A stretch of DNA of 63,519 nt, filler included, from Octopus bimaculoides (Eukaryota), in assembly GCF_001194135.2 (NCBI RefSeq). It is 6 parts of 5 records of this genome, joined end to end, with 100 filler letters (N's around TTAATTAATTAA, not from the genome) between each part and the next. Parts side by side here need not be neighbours in the genome. Positions count along the whole stretch, not along the records: positions 61,290 to 63,519 come from NC_068986.1; 5 more parts are not named here. One strand, given 5' to 3'. A program made the translations under genes and the position numbers. Of the stretch, positions 61,580 through 63,519 are shown one piece after another (position 1 is the first letter of the stretch; every line of letters begins with the position of its first letter). The notes under the pieces were generated by a model. That model ran no database searches. It had not been told where the DNA came from and saw nothing but the letters and a program-made list of their open reading frames with translations.

Positions 61580-62720
61580 AATGCAGCTGTCAACTTGACT
61601 CGGTGTGCCTCCCTGTTGGTCCTGGATGTTTCACCTATGTCTTTTATGTTCTTGTCTTTACAAACGCCCTCTATGCACCTTATGTTGTAGACTACCCTTG
61701 TAATTCTACAGTTAATGCCAGGGTTGTATTCACATACCATGCAGGTATCATTGGTGCATGTGGTATTCTCAAAGGAGTACGTTCTACATAGTTGTGATGT
61801 GATGGAACTCCTTGGGTTTTTAACGATCTTAATGTTGAGTTTAGACTCCTTCTGAGCTTTCCTGAACCTACGGGTTACTTCTCCACGGGTTGTGGCCTCT
61901 ACAAACACCACTCCTTGATATTTGTCGGTATTGTACCACATGTTCACCCCGGTTGCTTTGTCACAAACACCTTGTATCTTATTCCAGTCTTTACTTCTAT
62001 ATTTAAGGCAGGTACCATTGGTTTCATTACTTATAATGCTATCTAACTTCTTTCTAGCACCCCTGCATACTCGAACCCAATCTTTCGGATCATATCCCGA
62101 GAATTGCATGCGGTGCATGAAGTTCTGTACGTGTCTCTTTGTCCCCATAGTAGGGATATGTTGTTCATTATCCTAACTATGTCTGCTATCAGTATGTTAA
62201 TTTTTCCTGTTTTGTAACAAAGCTGAGTTCTTGTGAAAAACATATTTCGGAAGCTATAGGTTTCATGTAGTAGGAGTGGTAGAGCTGCAATCTTTTGTCC
62301 ACAGTCTCTAACTAAAGTTCAGTATCACGGACAGAGAGTCTATTGTTAGGGTGCCTAGTGGGGTAATCTATAGTTACCTTGAGACTTTGGTGGGTGGAGT
62401 TAGCTACATGCTGGATGGGCTCCATTATGCTCCACTTGGTTTCTACATTGCAGGCGCCAGGGTTTTATTGTTCTGCTATATATTGTTTTAGTCTTCTGTC
62501 CCATCAAGTTATGAAGAGGCCGGCCACATTTCCAGCCACACCGACACCAATGGCTGCGCCTTGAACCTGCATTTATCATTTCTTCTTAAAGTTTACTATG
62601 TGGTTCTTCAAGGTGGTTCTTATGCTAGCTCCTATTGCTTGTGCAATCATTCTTTTCGCCTGACTGGGCTCTGGGGCTGGTGTCGTCGAGCCACTCCAGC
62701 GCTCTGCAGTGCTTTTGTTC
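61580..62720 (-). mobile_element. Penelope-like element fragment (RT motifs + GIY-YIG), a different lineage from 34391-37740
   Basis: QGAAIGVGVAGNVAGLF, VANSTHQSLKVTIDY, HRMQFSGY, and CMVCEYNPGINCRITRVVYNIRCIEGVCKDKNIKDIGETSRT (GIY-YIG-like VY.I.C...IGET). Confidence 0.85.
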
Positions 62721-63386
62721 ACCGCCGAGGTGGTGAGTGGTTTCCCCTCTGTGACCTGGTGGGGAGGAATTTACTAAGGTCACACACACACATACACACA
62801 TACATATAAGCATACATACATACGTACATACAAACGTGCACACATGCATACATATGTATTAATATATATATATATATATATATGTGCATGCATACAAACA
62901 CATACATGCAGAGTATATGCAGTTGTGCACACATGCATACATATATATGTAGGCATTCACACACACATATATGCACACACATACACACATACGTACGTAC
63001 ATAATACATACATACATAAATACATACATGTGTGTATGTGCTGGCACACAGACGCACACATATGTGTACATAAAGCAAAGAACGCAATTCCGATAACGGA
63101 CAGAATCAACAACTATTGAATGGTTTGCAAGTAGCAATGAAAATTTTAGTAAAAAATAACAAGTAAATGAGCGGAAATCAGAGCGGTGAGTGTATTAAAT
63201 TAATAAAGCACTAGAAGAGAATGACTCTCCCTAGACACAATGGTTCTAAAAAAGTGAAACCGGTTAAGTAAATAAATATTTTTTAAAAATAAGTGCATTT
63301 TCAAACCTTCTTTCATATATATTTCCACTCGTACGGTATTCCACAACTTTACTTTATTATATATTAACACCACACGAGTCCCGAAA

Positions 63387-63519
63387 ATGCCACCCAAGTC
63401 ACAACAAACGGACAGCTTATTGAACCAAAGTATCCTAAAAGAACTACAAGAAATCTCCTCCAAACTCTCAACCCTAACTAACAAAGTCGAGCAATCACAT
63501 TTATACCTAAATGGACTCC
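63387..63519 (+). other. ORF open to the window end, possible PLE N-terminus
   Basis: MPPKSQQTDSLLNQSILKELQEISSKLSTLTNKVEQSHLYLNGL; it shares EISSKL with the ORF at 34391. Confidence 0.3.

Noticed and set aside
63207-63270. CTAGAAGA...GAAACCGGTT hammerhead-like arrangement
   Set aside because: Stem II is not adjacent to GAAA and there is no valid cleavage triplet or stem I.
1-63519. CRISPR arrays, rRNA, intact tRNA genes, prokaryote-type operons
   Set aside because: None seen; the recurring sequences are SINE copies and microsatellites in eukaryotic DNA.

Overview
AT-rich, repeat-saturated eukaryotic DNA, inferred to be octopod cephalopod from its tRNA-derived SINE families and dense microsatellites. 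The window is not contiguous: five artificial 100-nt spacers (44 N + TTAATTAATTAA + 44 N) join six pieces (1-31611, 31712-45862, 45963-52711, 52812-55237, 55338-61189, 61290-63519). The only host gene I can support is four minus-strand coding exons (111, 96, 26 and 163 nt) of an F-box/LRR gene most like FBXL13 (DRC6). The rest is decayed mobile DNA: Penelope-like elements (PLEs), Tc1/mariner, hAT, L1-Tx1, RTE, an R4/Dong-like element sitting in (TAA)n, a Gypsy LTR/PBS/gag relic, SINEs and fold-back MITEs. The most interesting signals are two variant minimal type-I hammerhead ribozyme motifs, a rearranged tRNA-like unit, a frame-shifting 26-nt microexon with a possible in-frame bypass donor, and several long inverted repeats. 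All family assignments are by eye from translated motifs; no database searches were run.
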